Assembly (NCBI GenBank): GCA_950096895.1
Contig: CATNBF010000005.1
Location: 1-61,225 of the forward strand
Origin: an uncultured bacterium
GTDB taxonomy: Bacteria; Pseudomonadota; Alphaproteobacteria; Rs-D84
Length of the DNA stretch: 61,225 bases
Direction: 5' to 3'
Part shown: piece by piece, positions 10,205 to 21,614 of the stretch
Position numbering within the stretch: position 1 is the stretch's first letter
How the letters are laid out: each line of letters opens with the position of its first letter
The notes under the pieces: generated by a model
What the model saw: the letters and a program-made list of their open reading frames with translations, nothing else
Told to the model about the DNA's origin: nothing
Database searches by the model: none
Program-made: the position numbers and the translations under genes

Positions 10205-10295
10205 GGAGACGTCGCATAGTTGGTCTAGTGCGCTACATTGGAAATGTAGTATACCGGCAACGGTATCAAGGGTTCGAATCCCTTCGTCTCCGCCA
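10205..10295 (+). tRNA. tRNA-Ser(GGA)
   Basis: GGAGACG/CGTCTCC acceptor stem, anticodon arm CTACA-TTGGAAA-TGTAG, long variable arm, GGTTCGAATCC, CCA end. Confidence 0.96.
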
Positions 10296-10345
10296 GAATT
10301 TTACCCGCCCAATGGCGGGTTAATTTTTTGGTATAACCATGGCCT

Positions 10346-10573
10346 GTGGATTGTACGCAATTGGTCACAGGCCGGGGTTATTGCCAAAAGAAATGGGTTA
10401 CGTTCGGGGATCGTGATAATGATATCGAAATGTTAAACTATGTTGGGGCCAAGGTTGCGATGGGAAATGCAAATCCGGCGTTGAAAAAAATTTCCAACTT
10501 TGTTACCGCATCATATAATGACAATGGTATCGTCATCGCGTTAAAGCACTTATTTTCAGAAAATAAGTTTTGA
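10346..10573 (+). pseudogene. C-terminal fragment of a Cof-type HAD hydrolase
   Basis: TFGDRDNDIEML...VAMGNA...FVTASYNDNGI is the Cof motif IV region; the N-terminal part is absent; lies just after a tRNA. Confidence 0.8.
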
Positions 10574-10643
10574 AAAAAATACCGAAAGATTAATCGTTAA
10601 TTCTTTTCTAACATGTATCCATCCTTTTGATAAAAAATGTACA

Positions 10644-11514
10644 TTATGCCAGCAAGCGACGCCAATTATTAATGGCCAATTGCTCTATCAGGCCATAGTT
10701 CTGATAGGTACGGCCGAACCAATAAAGTTGCATTTCAAGATAATATAAAACATATATCTCGTTTTTTTCTGCGGCGGCCCGTCCACCTGTTACGTCGGCC
10801 AACTGTTCATCGCATAGAATACGTAATAAGTCAAAATTTGGATCGCCCACCATAACAGATTCGAAATCGATCAGATGAACCTGGCCATCATGTCGGTCAT
10901 AGACGACGTTATGACAACGCAGGTCGCCATGGATGACACATGGGTCGACATCTTTTAGATATGTTTTACATTGATTAAACAGGCCCCAAATGCGATTGCG
11001 TAAATGATCATCCAAGAATTCAGATGGAACCAAATCCATTGATTTTTGTAATTTATATTGAAATAAATCATGCCATGTTTGAAAGTCTTGATGTCCGGGA
11101 TAATCAGAAACATTTGCACGGACGGCATGTAATTTACGGACATTATCCAAAATACCAGAATAAATTTTATGAATTTGGGCGGTATCATAATTGAAATAGG
11201 TGTTTAATGCATCCCCATCAATCCATTCCGAGACCAAAATACCCGCATCAGAATTAAAATAGTGCAATTTTGGCAGTACCCCCCAGTGCAGGTGTATCTT
11301 TCAAAAACTGATAGGCTGCAAATTCGCGATCGGCATTGTCGGGATTTCTAAACAGATTATTCCGCAGCTTGTATTTATTTCCGGTATTTTGATCAATGAC
11401 CAAAAAGCATTTATCTTTGGTTTGTATTTTTTTCAAAACCAAGTCCATATTTTTGAAAAAGTCCAGATTTTCTATACGTCTGTATAAATCTGTTTCGATA
11501 CCATCGTATGCCAT
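10644..11514 (-). pseudogene. aminoglycoside phosphotransferase / choline kinase-like protein, frameshifted
   Basis: IHGDLRCHNV and LIDFE motifs; two ORFs join across a G6 run (11279-11284) to give ...ALGVLPKLHYF... Confidence 0.75.
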
Positions 11515-11555
11515 TTTTTACCCTTTGCGTTTCAATTCATTATGTCGGGATATTT

Positions 11556-11678
11556 ATTATGCGCACAAAAAACCGACGTTTTTCTGGCATAGTACGGGGG
11601 ATAAAAAAGTGGAGAAATCCGGGATTTTTAATGTTCAAAAACTATGCCAGAAAAACGTCCCTTTGGATTAGGCATAGT
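11556..11678 (-). repeat. CTATGCC three-arm palindromic leader element, copy A
   Basis: Reverse complement nearly identical to 47533-47657; perfect 19-bp inverted repeat 11575-11593 / 11641-11659. Confidence 0.9.
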
Positions 11679-11833
11679 GTTTATGTCCAAAAGCCCGCAG
11701 ATTATATGACATAGGGCGTTTTTTTTGCAAGTTAAAATTATGTATTTTTATTCGCCCCCAGATGGCGTCAAAATATCATATAAATACGGGCGTTTATCAA
11801 CGCCCGTATACATCGCGTATGTCGTTATAATTT

Positions 11834-12583
11834 TTAGAACGAATAGCGGGCACCCAACTTTAATTCATGGGCATAGACGAATTCGCCACCCACTGTTGAT
11901 GAATTAAAGCGATATGCCACATCGGCTGCCCAGTTCGGGGTAAAGTGATATGCCGTCCCCAGGGCAACTTGCCATTCGAATTCGGTCTTGTCGTGGGTTA
12001 CGCGGATGGGTTCGGTTGGTAACTGGCTTAGCATTGGGCCAACCAATCCCGCCAGTGCCGGGTTGATGTCCAGATTGATATCGACCTTGGCCTTTTGCTT
12101 GTACGTACCGACACCAATACCGGCCCCGATATAGGGTTGCCATTTGGAACCTGCAATATCAAAATCGTAATAGGCATTGAACATGTACGAGTTATGCTTT
12201 ACCGAAACAGATGTATTCGCGTTCAACGTTGCCATTCCTTCGCGTAATGCCGGGATCAGATGGCTGGCATCGCCATGAAACAGGTTATAATCATCTTCGG
12301 ATGCGCTGCGCAGTGCGAATTCGAATTCCCCGCGCAGGTGGCCATATTTAATCCCGGCGGTAAATTCCCCGGAGATGGCCGTATCAAAATTCATATCACC
12401 GCCAGCATCTTGGACAAAAATGTCGGCCATGCCGGTTGGATTCGGATTGATTCCCATACGTTTGGCCGATGTATTCGCGCTATCGATAACGACCCCCAGA
12501 CCAACGTATGGCGTCAAATCAGCCGCAACGGCACCGGTGGTGGCCATTGTTGCCAACGCAATGATACCAATTGATTTTTTCAT
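11834..12583 (-). CDS. outer membrane beta-barrel protein (OmpA-like / opacity-porin family)
   Basis: Signal peptide, MFNAYYDF, PYIGAGIG, WQVALG, C-terminal GARYSF. Confidence 0.88.
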   Translation of the reverse strand: MKKSIGIIALATMATTGAVAADLTPYVGLGVVIDSANTSAKRMGINPNPTGMADIFVQDAGGDMNFDTAISGEFTAGIKYGHLRGEFEFALRSASEDDYNLFHGDASHLIPALREGMATLNANTSVSVKHNSYMFNAYYDFDIAGSKWQPYIGAGIGVGTYKQKAKVDINLDINPALAGLVGPMLSQLPTEPIRVTHDKTEFEWQVALGTAYHFTPNWAADVAYRFNSSTVGGEFVYAHELKLGARYSF

Positions 12584-12741
12584 ATGTTCTCCTTTCCTTG
12601 AACTTAACAGTACATGGGAAGATTATCCCATGTTGTATCGATGATGTCAAACATAATCGATCATCGCGACACATTTCGATGGGAATAGGTGCCCGTGGCA
12701 ATTTCATCCCCCAGATAATACAATTCAATACAACCAAGGGG

Positions 12742-13218
12742 GAGAAATCAATATTTGTCATTGCATGTGCAATCTGTGGATTTCGCGGCGCAGCTATCGC
12801 TGCGACAGTTACAGGAAACGCATCTGTGATCATCCAGCGGGCCATTACCGCCACCCAGACCCAACAAATGAATTTTGGTATTGTTAATCCGGCGGCAACA
12901 GCCGGGGTGGTCACGTTATCGCCCGCGGGTACCGCATCATCGGCAACGTTGACCACATATGGAACCGCGGCGGCGGGACATTTTGATATTACTGCGGCCC
13001 CATCGACGGCATTAAATATATCTTTTACAAATGGTACGGTGACCAGTGGATCAAACACCATGACGGTTGACACATTTACATCCACCACAACGCCAACCAG
13101 TAATACAACCGACGCATCAGGAAATCTGACATTAAATGTGGGGGCCAATCTGAATGTCGGGGCGAACCAAGCCCCGGGGACATACAATGGGACATATACG
13201 GTGACGGTTAATTATTGA
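12742..13218 (+). pseudogene. DUF4402 / Csu-type pilin subunit, start codon apparently lost
   Basis: MNFG...LNVGANLNVGANQAPGTYNGTYTVTVNY; signal peptide begins GAG-AAA-TCA-ATA-TTT after AAGGGG with no ATG. Confidence 0.65.
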
Positions 13219-14123
13219 TGCGTGTTGTTTGGGGTTTTATTTGCGGTCTTGTGATAATCGGTTCGGCATCTGGGGCAACGTTTACAGCGGTTAAAAACCT
13301 GTCATTCGGAACCTAGGTGCCAACCGCCACATCGGGCAATGCGGTTGTTGCATTGAACGGGAACATTACCCGTACTGGATTAACCGCTGCGCCCAGCGGT
13401 ACATTACATTACGCCGGCCAGGTAAATTTTACAGGCAGTGGTCTGTCCGCTGTTGCAGACGTTGTAAATATGACGTTTTTGAATTCATCTGTCACGTTAA
13501 GTGATGTGACCGGGGGCACGGTAACTGTTAACAATTTTACAATTACACCCAATTTACAAATATCAATCGCCAATCCAACAGCGGTGGCGGCGGTGGGCGG
13601 AACAATGACGTTTACATCTGCATCGACACCCGGCAATTATACCGGCAGTGTTCAGATCCGTGGAAATTCGTTGTTGGGGGGAACGGCCACAGTGACATTA
13701 CCAATAACATTAACGCTGTGGCGGACATTGGGGGTAACCCAGACGCGGGCATTGCATTTTGGCGCACTAGAGGTCACAGGTGGCAATTCCGTTGTGGTCA
13801 TGTCACCTGGGGGTGCACGGCATATTGCGTCGGGAACATCGGGGGTGCGCTTGGTTGCTTCGGTGCCGGGGACATCTGCAATGTTTACAGTCACCGGCAA
13901 TCCCAATACACCTGTTACAATAACATTGCCGGCATCGGCCACATTATCTGGGCCCGGTGCGGCGATGACGGTCAATAATTTTGCGCGGACCCCGGCGGCA
14001 CCAACCCCCAATCTGGATGCATCGGGAAATTTGACATTTAATGTGGGGGCATCGTTGGCGGTCAATGCGTCCCAGGCCACCGGGACATACAACGGAACCT
14101 ATACCGTGACAGTTAATTATTAA
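13218..14123 (+). pseudogene. two-domain DUF4402 pilin/adhesin with in-frame TAG
   Basis: ATG 13218 overlaps the upstream TGA; signal peptide MRVVWGFICGLVIIGSASGA; TAG at 13314-13316 (LSFGT*VPT); ends GTYNGTYTVTVNY. Confidence 0.8.
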
Positions 14124-14149
14124 TAATACACAGGGAAAAAGAGAGATAC

Positions 14150-14917
14150 ATGCGGCATTTCTTGTTTTTGTTTTTTGGATTGATGTTACCCATGACGGCC
14201 ATGGGCAATATTTCATTGACCACATTTTATATGGAATTCGATGCCGACAGTCCGCGTCGCACAGATAACTTGCGTTTTACAAATACATCAGATTCGCCCA
14301 AGACATATGACATTTCTATGGTCAATTTTGCCCAGAATTCTGATGGTGAATATCGCCCCATTGAAACACCAATGATGGGAAATCCCTTTGCAGATTCTTA
14401 TTTAGATTTTGCGCCGCGTCGTGTGACGTTGGCCCCATCCCAATCCCAGGTTGTTCGTGTTGTGCGCCGCCCCATGGCCGGGGCCGAAAATGGGGAATAT
14501 GTATCACATCTAAAAATTCAAGAATTACCCGATCAAACAATGATGAATTCAGGGGCAACGAACAGTAATGGGATAAATATTAATTTGCGCCCCCTGTATG
14601 CTGTAACAATTCCGGTGATGATTGAAAAAGGATCCCCCCGTGCATCGGCGTTAATTCGCAGTGTTGAAATCTATAACGCCAAAACGAATCCAATTGCCGC
14701 CGTAATGGTTGAACGTGGGGGAAATCGATCTTTTTATGGGACATTGGTTGTGACAGATGATGGTGTCGAATTGGGGCGTGTTTCCAACTTTCGTATTTTT
14801 ATGACGACGTCGGCACGCGTGATAAAGATCCCGCTTAATCGACGTCCTTTGCCAGGCAGTATGGTTACCCTTTATGACTAGACAACACATGAAATCGTGG
14901 ATGCGTGGCGCATATAG
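14150..14917 (+). pseudogene. pilus assembly chaperone (PapD/CsuC-like), TAG 12 codons before probable end
   Basis: FAPRRVTLAPSQSQVVRV, GEYVSHL, YAVTIPV; TAG 14879-14881 then TTHEIVDAWRI*. May remain functional. Confidence 0.65.
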
Positions 14918-17414
14918 TCTTTTGTGTGGCGTATTTATTGTGTCACCTGGGGTGGCGGCGGAAATGCTGCTGGAACCGAATATCGGGGGTGTGCCGACCG
15001 GTGATGCGGTGCATGCCATCGATTTATCTGGGATATATATGCTGGATTGGGGGGACATGCTGGGGGCGATGCGTGTTCGTTATGATGATGCCACGCGCCA
15101 GGGTAATGTATCTGAGCATTCGTTTCAATTGGCCCAAGATATGCCGGTACGCACGTTTGATGGTCGTGATTTTTATTCTATTGCGGTTTATGAAAAAATA
15201 TTACCCATCCGCTTAAACGTTGATTTATCAGAAATGCGGTTAAATGTCGCATCAGATATTATCTTGCCAGTGGAATTAGAATCCAGAAATATGGCGCGGC
15301 GGCAATCAATGCCCCGGGCACCAATGTCAGATACATTTGCAGATTATCAATTTGATAATCGCTGGTTTACATTTCCTGTGGTTGACTTTATTTATCGTTA
15401 TAATCATAATTTTCGCCATATTAACCGGGATGATTATGGGCATGTTGGCGGAAATTATTACCAGGCGAACCTGGGGATGATCTTGGCCGGCCAAGATGCC
15501 CGTATTATCCTGTTTGGGGACGATATGGGAAATGCCCATTTGGGTGATATGCGTGCCCGGATAACAGTGGGGCGAACATTGCTGGACGAACCGGGAAATG
15601 CATTAAACTTGGTCCGGTATGCGGCGGGTGATATTACCGGTGTCCAAGGCAATATGTTCTATGATGCGCCAATTGGACGTGGGGCGTTGTTCAGTTCGTT
15701 CAAAGACCTGGTGACATCGGCCGACAAGACCATTGATATCACCGGGCCATTGCCCGCTGGATGGGATGCAGAACTGTATTTGAATAACCAATTGATTGGA
15801 TTTCGTCAATCGTCCATAACAGGGCGGTATGAATTTAAGAATGTACCGGTTAATTATGGGTTGAATGATTTTCGGGTGGTGCTCTATGGACCATACGGCG
15901 AAGTTCGTGATATCCCCCGTCGATTTTATTCTGGAACATCACCTGTGGGGGCGGGACAGCTGGGCTATAACATCGTTGCGATGCAGCCATATCGATATAT
16001 GATTGAAACCAATGAACCGATGCATCATTCGTCGGATCATGTTGCAGGCGACGCGACATTTTATTACGGGTTAACCGATCATATCACATTGATATCTGGT
16101 CTGGTTAATGCATTGGATGTTACAGAACCATTTCATGTTAACCAGTTTGGGACCGTCGGGGCCCAATTGGCGTTAAATGGATTATCGGTTCAATATAATA
16201 CAAATATGAATCTGAACAATGGTCACATCGGTCATCATATCGATGCCCAAGGGGATGTGTACATTGGGACTTTGTTTGGGCGATACGAGTATTATGGTGA
16301 CACCATGTCCCCCATATCCTATTATGCGGGGGGATATTTACGTGATTTATTCGAAGCGCGTCTGACCGGAAATATTCCCTGGATTCAAATGCCGTATTAT
16401 GTTGCCTATACGGCACGGGGCGGACATGATAATCATACCATGCAAGAGATTGTAACGCGCCTATCACCGAATTTTCTGCGTTATTATAATATTACCATCG
16501 AAGATACATGGCGACGTGATCATTTGAATACAGAAAACTATATTGATGTCATGTTCCAGGCAACATATGGACGCATGCGTGGGAATGGCCGTGCCCGCTA
16601 TCAAACGACCCCAGATAGTGTCTTGCGTGATTACGGGGCCTTTGCCGAATATCGTTGGGACAAGAACACTTTTGTTACAGCGACATGGACACATGATTGT
16701 CGATCGAATTATAGCGATGGCCCGGATATCGATACCTTTGGAATGGGGGTGGGGCGGTTGTTTCGTTTTGGGGGAATTAACCTTAGTGCCGCAATCGATA
16801 CCGATCGTAATTTGTCTTTTGGATTGACGTATAACATCAGTATGGGACGTGTCCCTGGGGCGGCGCGTCTGTTTACCAATTCAGAAAACCAGATGATTGA
16901 TTATGGAACGATCTATGCCCGTGTGCGCGATGACACCGGTGCCCCGGTTCCGGGTGTAACATTAATTGTTAATGGCCGCGAGGCCCCATCCCTGACCGAC
17001 ATCAATGGGGATGCCATTATTACCAATTTGGAACCATATCAAAAATCATCCATTATTGTTGATGAACAAAATGTGGCAGATTTATCACTGGTGCCCGAAT
17101 GGACATCAGAAAAGTTGGTCTTGCGCCCAGGGGTGGTGCGGCCTGTGGATGTTATATTTAATCATTTGGGGGCGGTCGAAGGCCAGATTTCGAATCCTGG
17201 GGTTGGATCCGGCTATATGATTTATCTGCGTGATGATCATGGTGAAATCGTGGCAACACGACGTGCCGATTCAAATGGTTGATTTATATTTGATGGGATT
17301 AAGTATGGTGATTACAACCTGTGTGTCGTTAATTCCTGTGGTGTGGTTGTTTCCCGCATGAATATCAAGATTGATCGTGCATTCCAGACCATAAAAACAT
17401 CTGTTGCGTCATAG
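14901..17414 (+). pseudogene. fimbrial usher-like outer membrane protein with in-frame TGA
   Basis: WDAELYLNNQL, YGLNDFRVVLYGPYGE; TGA at 17280-17282 followed in frame by FIFDGIKYGDYNL...SVAS*. Confidence 0.78.
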
Positions 17415-17462
17415 GGGGTAAATCGTGTACAATGTGTTTTATCCAAGGGGGGAAATGACGCC

Positions 17463-18569
17463 GTGGCCATTCGTATTTCTGTTTCAGATCGCACACTGCA
17501 TATCATTGTAACGGGTGATGTGCGTACTGTTCGGGCCGATACATGGCATGCAGCATTATGGCGGGTGACAGATGCCCATGTTGGGGCGGTGGTCGTTGAT
17601 GGAACCGATATCACTATGTGGGATAGTGTGCTGATCGTCTTTCTGCGTCGTGTGATGGCGGTATGCGCCCAGAAAAATATTCGTGTTCAAATTAAAAGTA
17701 TGCCGGCCGGCGTTGGGGCATTGTTAAAAATGTCTGGGACGGCGGCATGCACAATGCCAGATGTTCGGCCCCAATTAACCTGGGTCGAACAGATGGGGGA
17801 TTGGGGATGGCGTCTGTCCGGGGCGGTGCGTCATGGGATTTCTTTTATTGGATCGGTTGGGGCATCGGTTGGACGTATGTTTCGTGGCCGTGCCCAGACC
17901 CGCATGACAGATTGGTGGTTTGCCTTTGATGATGTTGGGCCCCGGGCAATTTTAATTGTATCGTTAATCAGTTTTTTAATCGGCTTGATTTTGGCCTTTG
18001 TTGGCGCGGCCCAGTTAAAATTATTTGGCGCACAGGTATATGTCGCCAGTTTGGTTGCCATTGCGGCAATTCGTATTATGGGGGCGATGATGACCGGCAT
18101 TATTATGGCGGGGCGTACCGGTGCATCTTATGCCGCGACCATCGGGACAATGCAGACCAACGAAGAACTGGATGCCTTGCGCACCATGGGGATCAGCCGG
18201 ATTGACTTTCTGGTGTTACCGCGAATTATCGCCATGGTGGTATCTATGCCGATATTGACGCTATTGGCGGATGCGATGGCCATACTGGGGGGAATGGCGG
18301 TTGGGGTGTTGATGTTTAATATACCCTTGGCGGAATATATGTCATATACGATTGATGCCTTGGGGATCCAGAATTTTATGGTTGGGATCTTTCATGGGTT
18401 CGTTTATGGCGTGATTATTGCGCTGTGTGGATGTTATTACGGGATTAATTGCGGGCGTAATGCCAACGCGGTTGGGTCGGCCACAACACGGGCGGTTGTG
18501 ATGTCAATTGTTTGGATGGTTGTTGCCACTGGGATTATCACTTTTGTATTCGAGGTGCTGGGCATATGA
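17463..18569 (+). CDS. mlaE: MlaE family ABC permease with N-terminal STAS-like domain
   Basis: AGRTGASYAATIGTMQTNEELDALRTMGI, LVLPRI, VGSATTRAVV. Confidence 0.92.
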   Translation: MAIRISVSDRTLHIIVTGDVRTVRADTWHAALWRVTDAHVGAVVVDGTDITMWDSVLIVFLRRVMAVCAQKNIRVQIKSMPAGVGALLKMSGTAACTMPDVRPQLTWVEQMGDWGWRLSGAVRHGISFIGSVGASVGRMFRGRAQTRMTDWWFAFDDVGPRAILIVSLISFLIGLILAFVGAAQLKLFGAQVYVASLVAIAAIRIMGAMMTGIIMAGRTGASYAATIGTMQTNEELDALRTMGISRIDFLVLPRIIAMVVSMPILTLLADAMAILGGMAVGVLMFNIPLAEYMSYTIDALGIQNFMVGIFHGFVYGVIIALCGCYYGINCGRNANAVGSATTRAVVMSIVWMVVATGIITFVFEVLGI

Positions 18570-19321
18570 CGCAAAAGAAACCAATTATTTCTGCGACAAA
18601 TTTAACCATCGGTTATGATGATGTGCCTTTGATGGAAAACATGACCTTTGATGTCAATCGTGGGGATATTTTTGCCATCATGGGTGGCAGTGGTTCCGGC
18701 AAGAGCACTTTGTTGCGTGCCTTGACCGGGTTGGTTCCCCCACTATCGGGGCGAATTATGATGGCGGGTCATGACTTTACCGCGGCGTCGCCGGATCTGC
18801 GGGCACGAATAATGCGTGGTGTTGGCGTCTTGTTTCAATCAGGGGCATTATTCGGATCAATGACGGTTGGGGAAAATATTGCGTTGCCATTGCGTCAGTA
18901 TACAGATTATTCAAACGAAATGATTGATGATATCGTGGCGTTAAAGCTGGATTTGGTCGGATTGAATTCATGTGCTGATTTTTATCCATCGGAATTAAGT
19001 GGCGGTATGAAAAAGCGGGCTGGTTTGGCGCGGGCATTGGCACTGGATCCAGAAATTGTCTTTTTTGATGAACCATCGGCGGGCTTGGACCCGGTATCAT
19101 CGCGGGCACTGGACGATTTGATTTTACAGATTAATCGATCAATGGGGACGACGATTGTCATCGTCTCGCACGAGTTGGAATCAATTTTTACCATTGCCAA
19201 TAATTCAATCTTTATTGATCGGACATCGCGGGGAATCATTGCACATGGAAATCCGCATGATTTACGGCGCAATCCGCCCAACGATATCGTACAACAATTT
19301 TTAACCAGGGGAAAGGCTTGA
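18566..19321 (+). CDS. mlaF: MlaF family ABC ATPase
   Basis: GGSGSGKST, LFQSGALFGSMTVGEN, ELSGGMKKRAGLARAL, DEPSAGLDP. Confidence 0.92.
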   Translation: MTQKKPIISATNLTIGYDDVPLMENMTFDVNRGDIFAIMGGSGSGKSTLLRALTGLVPPLSGRIMMAGHDFTAASPDLRARIMRGVGVLFQSGALFGSMTVGENIALPLRQYTDYSNEMIDDIVALKLDLVGLNSCADFYPSELSGGMKKRAGLARALALDPEIVFFDEPSAGLDPVSSRALDDLILQINRSMGTTIVIVSHELESIFTIANNSIFIDRTSRGIIAHGNPHDLRRNPPNDIVQQFLTRGKA

Positions 19322-19325
19322 AAAA

Positions 19326-20075
19326 ATGAAACGACAACCAAACAAGAAGACAATCGGGGCCTTTATATTGGCCGGTATTATAACGTTCTTGGTCATTGTG
19401 GGCATCGCATTGGGGATCGGATCGCGTGGAACGCGTCATGATTTGTACGTCATGTATTTTCATGAATCGATCAAGGGACTATCGGTTGGATCACCGGTTG
19501 TCTTGAACGGGGTAGAAGTGGGCAAGGTCGTCAAAATCGAAATTGTGCCCAACGTGACCACATATGAATTTACAATTCCGGTCTATGTGACGTTTAATAA
19601 TATATCCAAGAGTATTTCTGCCGCCGCCGATGGTCATCACTGGGATGAAGAGAAAATGGTGACCGCATTAATTGAACGGGGACTGTATGGTCAATTAATT
19701 AACCAGAGCATATTGACCGGCCAATTAATGATTGAATTGAATGTAAATCCATCGCGTGGCAAGACGGTTATTGGCGATGCCCCGGACGGCATTCTGGAAA
19801 TACCGACAGTATTGTCGTCGTTGGGGGAACTGTCGGCGAACGTATCGGATATTCCCATCCGCGAAGTGGTGGATAATTTGAATCAGACATTGATTGAATT
19901 AAAGGATGTCTTGGCCCCCGCCGTCCGGGTCAGCCAGGATTTAGCCGCCAAGTCCACGTCAACATTAAATAACTTTAACGCGGCGGTTGATGATATCAGT
20001 CGTGCCGCCAATGCCATACGAAATCTGGCGGACTATTTAGAACGCCATCCAGAATCTTTGATAAAGGGGAAATAG
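19326..20075 (+). CDS. mlaD: MlaD/MCE family protein
   Basis: N-terminal TM, SIKGLSVGSPVVLNGVEVGKV, C-terminal LADYLERHPESLIKGK. Confidence 0.9.
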   Translation: MKRQPNKKTIGAFILAGIITFLVIVGIALGIGSRGTRHDLYVMYFHESIKGLSVGSPVVLNGVEVGKVVKIEIVPNVTTYEFTIPVYVTFNNISKSISAAADGHHWDEEKMVTALIERGLYGQLINQSILTGQLMIELNVNPSRGKTVIGDAPDGILEIPTVLSSLGELSANVSDIPIREVVDNLNQTLIELKDVLAPAVRVSQDLAAKSTSTLNNFNAAVDDISRAANAIRNLADYLERHPESLIKGK

Positions 20076-20077
20076 AC

Positions 20078-20635
20078 ATGAAGCATGTATTTGGGTTTAT
20101 GACGATCTTGTTACTATCAGGTTGCATAGGGGGACGGACACCAGAAGCGTCTTTTTATACCTTTGCGCCACGTGGGGATGTGGTGCCGGTTTCTGAAATG
20201 AACAGAACCATTGATGTTGCGCGCGTGCGCGTGGCCGAATATATTGACAGACCACAAATGGTGACGGTTGATGGGACGCATGTTAATATCGCCCAGGATC
20301 ATCGCTGGGTTGCGGGTCTGGGGCAAATTACTGGGGGACGTGTGATTTCAAATCTGGCCCAGGTGTTTCCCAACGCTGTGGTGAAAGATTCGAACTTTGG
20401 ATCGGTGGGTGATTGCAATGTGTTGATCGAACTGCGTGAATTGAACGGTAACTTGGGATCTGGTGTGCGTATGGATGCGCTGTATACAATTGCGTGCGGC
20501 GAATACACTAAAACGCGTCGTATTGATTATGTTATGCCGGTCGGGGATAGTTATTCAGACTATGCACGGATTGTTGGGGATATGGTTGACCAGATGTCAG
20601 ATCAGATTGCCCGTGATTTAGTTGCGGCCCAATAA
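20078..20635 (+). CDS. PqiC-like ABC transport auxiliary lipoprotein
   Basis: Lipobox LSGC, EYIDRPQMV, HRW; last gene of the mla operon. Confidence 0.85.
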   Translation: MKHVFGFMTILLLSGCIGGRTPEASFYTFAPRGDVVPVSEMNRTIDVARVRVAEYIDRPQMVTVDGTHVNIAQDHRWVAGLGQITGGRVISNLAQVFPNAVVKDSNFGSVGDCNVLIELRELNGNLGSGVRMDALYTIACGEYTKTRRIDYVMPVGDSYSDYARIVGDMVDQMSDQIARDLVAAQ

Positions 20636-20640
20636 CGCAT

Positions 20641-21570
20641 TTAGATATCGAAAACGATTTCGCAACGATTGATGCGGTCGGCATTTTTGCGGGCCGCATT
20701 TATAAATTCCAAAAAGTCATCCATTACATCGGCATAATTTAATTCCAATAATAATTCATGGCGTGCATCCGGATAGATAAACATAGATGCATTTCGCACC
20801 CGCATGACATATGTTTCATAAATGCGAAACGCATATTTTCCATACCCACCAACCGCGTCTTGGTCCCCAGCCATAACAAGCAATGGAATATCTGGATTCG
20901 CGCAATAGCGCATGGTTATCAAATTCTTGAACAATGATTTATAAAATCCATATGAAAAGTGTTTTGACCGCATGGGATCGCGTTCATGGGCGATAACCTG
21001 GGCCGGGTCACGGGTTAATTTATTGGGCCGGCCGGGTCGTGACCGGATCGGTGAAAACAGTTCCAAGAACCGGGCAGGGGCCTTTTTCCCCATAACCCAG
21101 GTACCGATTGACGCCACCGCATGGGCCATATGTAACGCCATACGGGGATATCGCGCGGTCCCAGACATACAGACACCCGAATGGGCCCGCGTTTGCGAAA
21201 TTACAGATTGGGTGATAAAGCTGCCATAACTATGCCCGAATAAAAACACCGGCACATTAAACCGACCCCGTAAATAGGTCAAAATTTCAAGTTCATCGGA
21301 TACGATGGCGGAAAACAGATCTTCGGATCCCGTTACACGCCCAATATTCTTTGGATCACCGGCGGTTCGACCATGCGCCCGATGATCATCCCCCCAGACG
21401 ATGTAACCGTTTTTGTTCAAAAATCGGGCAAAGCGATCATATCGACCGACATGTTCATCCATGCCATGAATAATCTGAACAACGCCACGTGGGGTACCGG
21501 TGACCCGATCCCACAGACTGCATACTATTTTATGACCGTCAGATGCGGTGAATATTTGCTCTCTCATCAT
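20641..21570 (-). CDS. alpha/beta hydrolase (lysophospholipase-like)
   Basis: IIHGMDEHVGRY, DHRAHGRT, GHSYGS, ARHELLLE. Confidence 0.9.
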   Translation of the reverse strand: MMREQIFTASDGHKIVCSLWDRVTGTPRGVVQIIHGMDEHVGRYDRFARFLNKNGYIVWGDDHRAHGRTAGDPKNIGRVTGSEDLFSAIVSDELEILTYLRGRFNVPVFLFGHSYGSFITQSVISQTRAHSGVCMSGTARYPRMALHMAHAVASIGTWVMGKKAPARFLELFSPIRSRPGRPNKLTRDPAQVIAHERDPMRSKHFSYGFYKSLFKNLITMRYCANPDIPLLVMAGDQDAVGGYGKYAFRIYETYVMRVRNASMFIYPDARHELLLELNYADVMDDFLEFINAARKNADRINRCEIVFDI

Positions 21571-21614
21571 ATGGGGGATTATATGCGTATCACGTGTTCC
21601 CCGCCATAGGTTTA

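Noticed and set aside
11594-11640. Classical invertible promoter between the 19-bp inverted repeats
   Set aside because: The promoter lies outside the repeats, the spacer has the same orientation relative to transcription in all three copies, and no invertase is adjacent; inversion is not shown by this window
11556-11678. CRISPR array from repeated CTATGCC units
   Set aside because: Units are inverted rather than regularly spaced direct repeats, and no cas genes are present
5531-17282. Genome-wide TAG or TGA reassignment suggested by several in-frame stops
   Set aside because: TAG ends mlaD at its canonical C-terminus, TGA ends mlaE, mlaF and tsaB, prfB is intact, core genes have no internal stops, and the affected genes show other lesions
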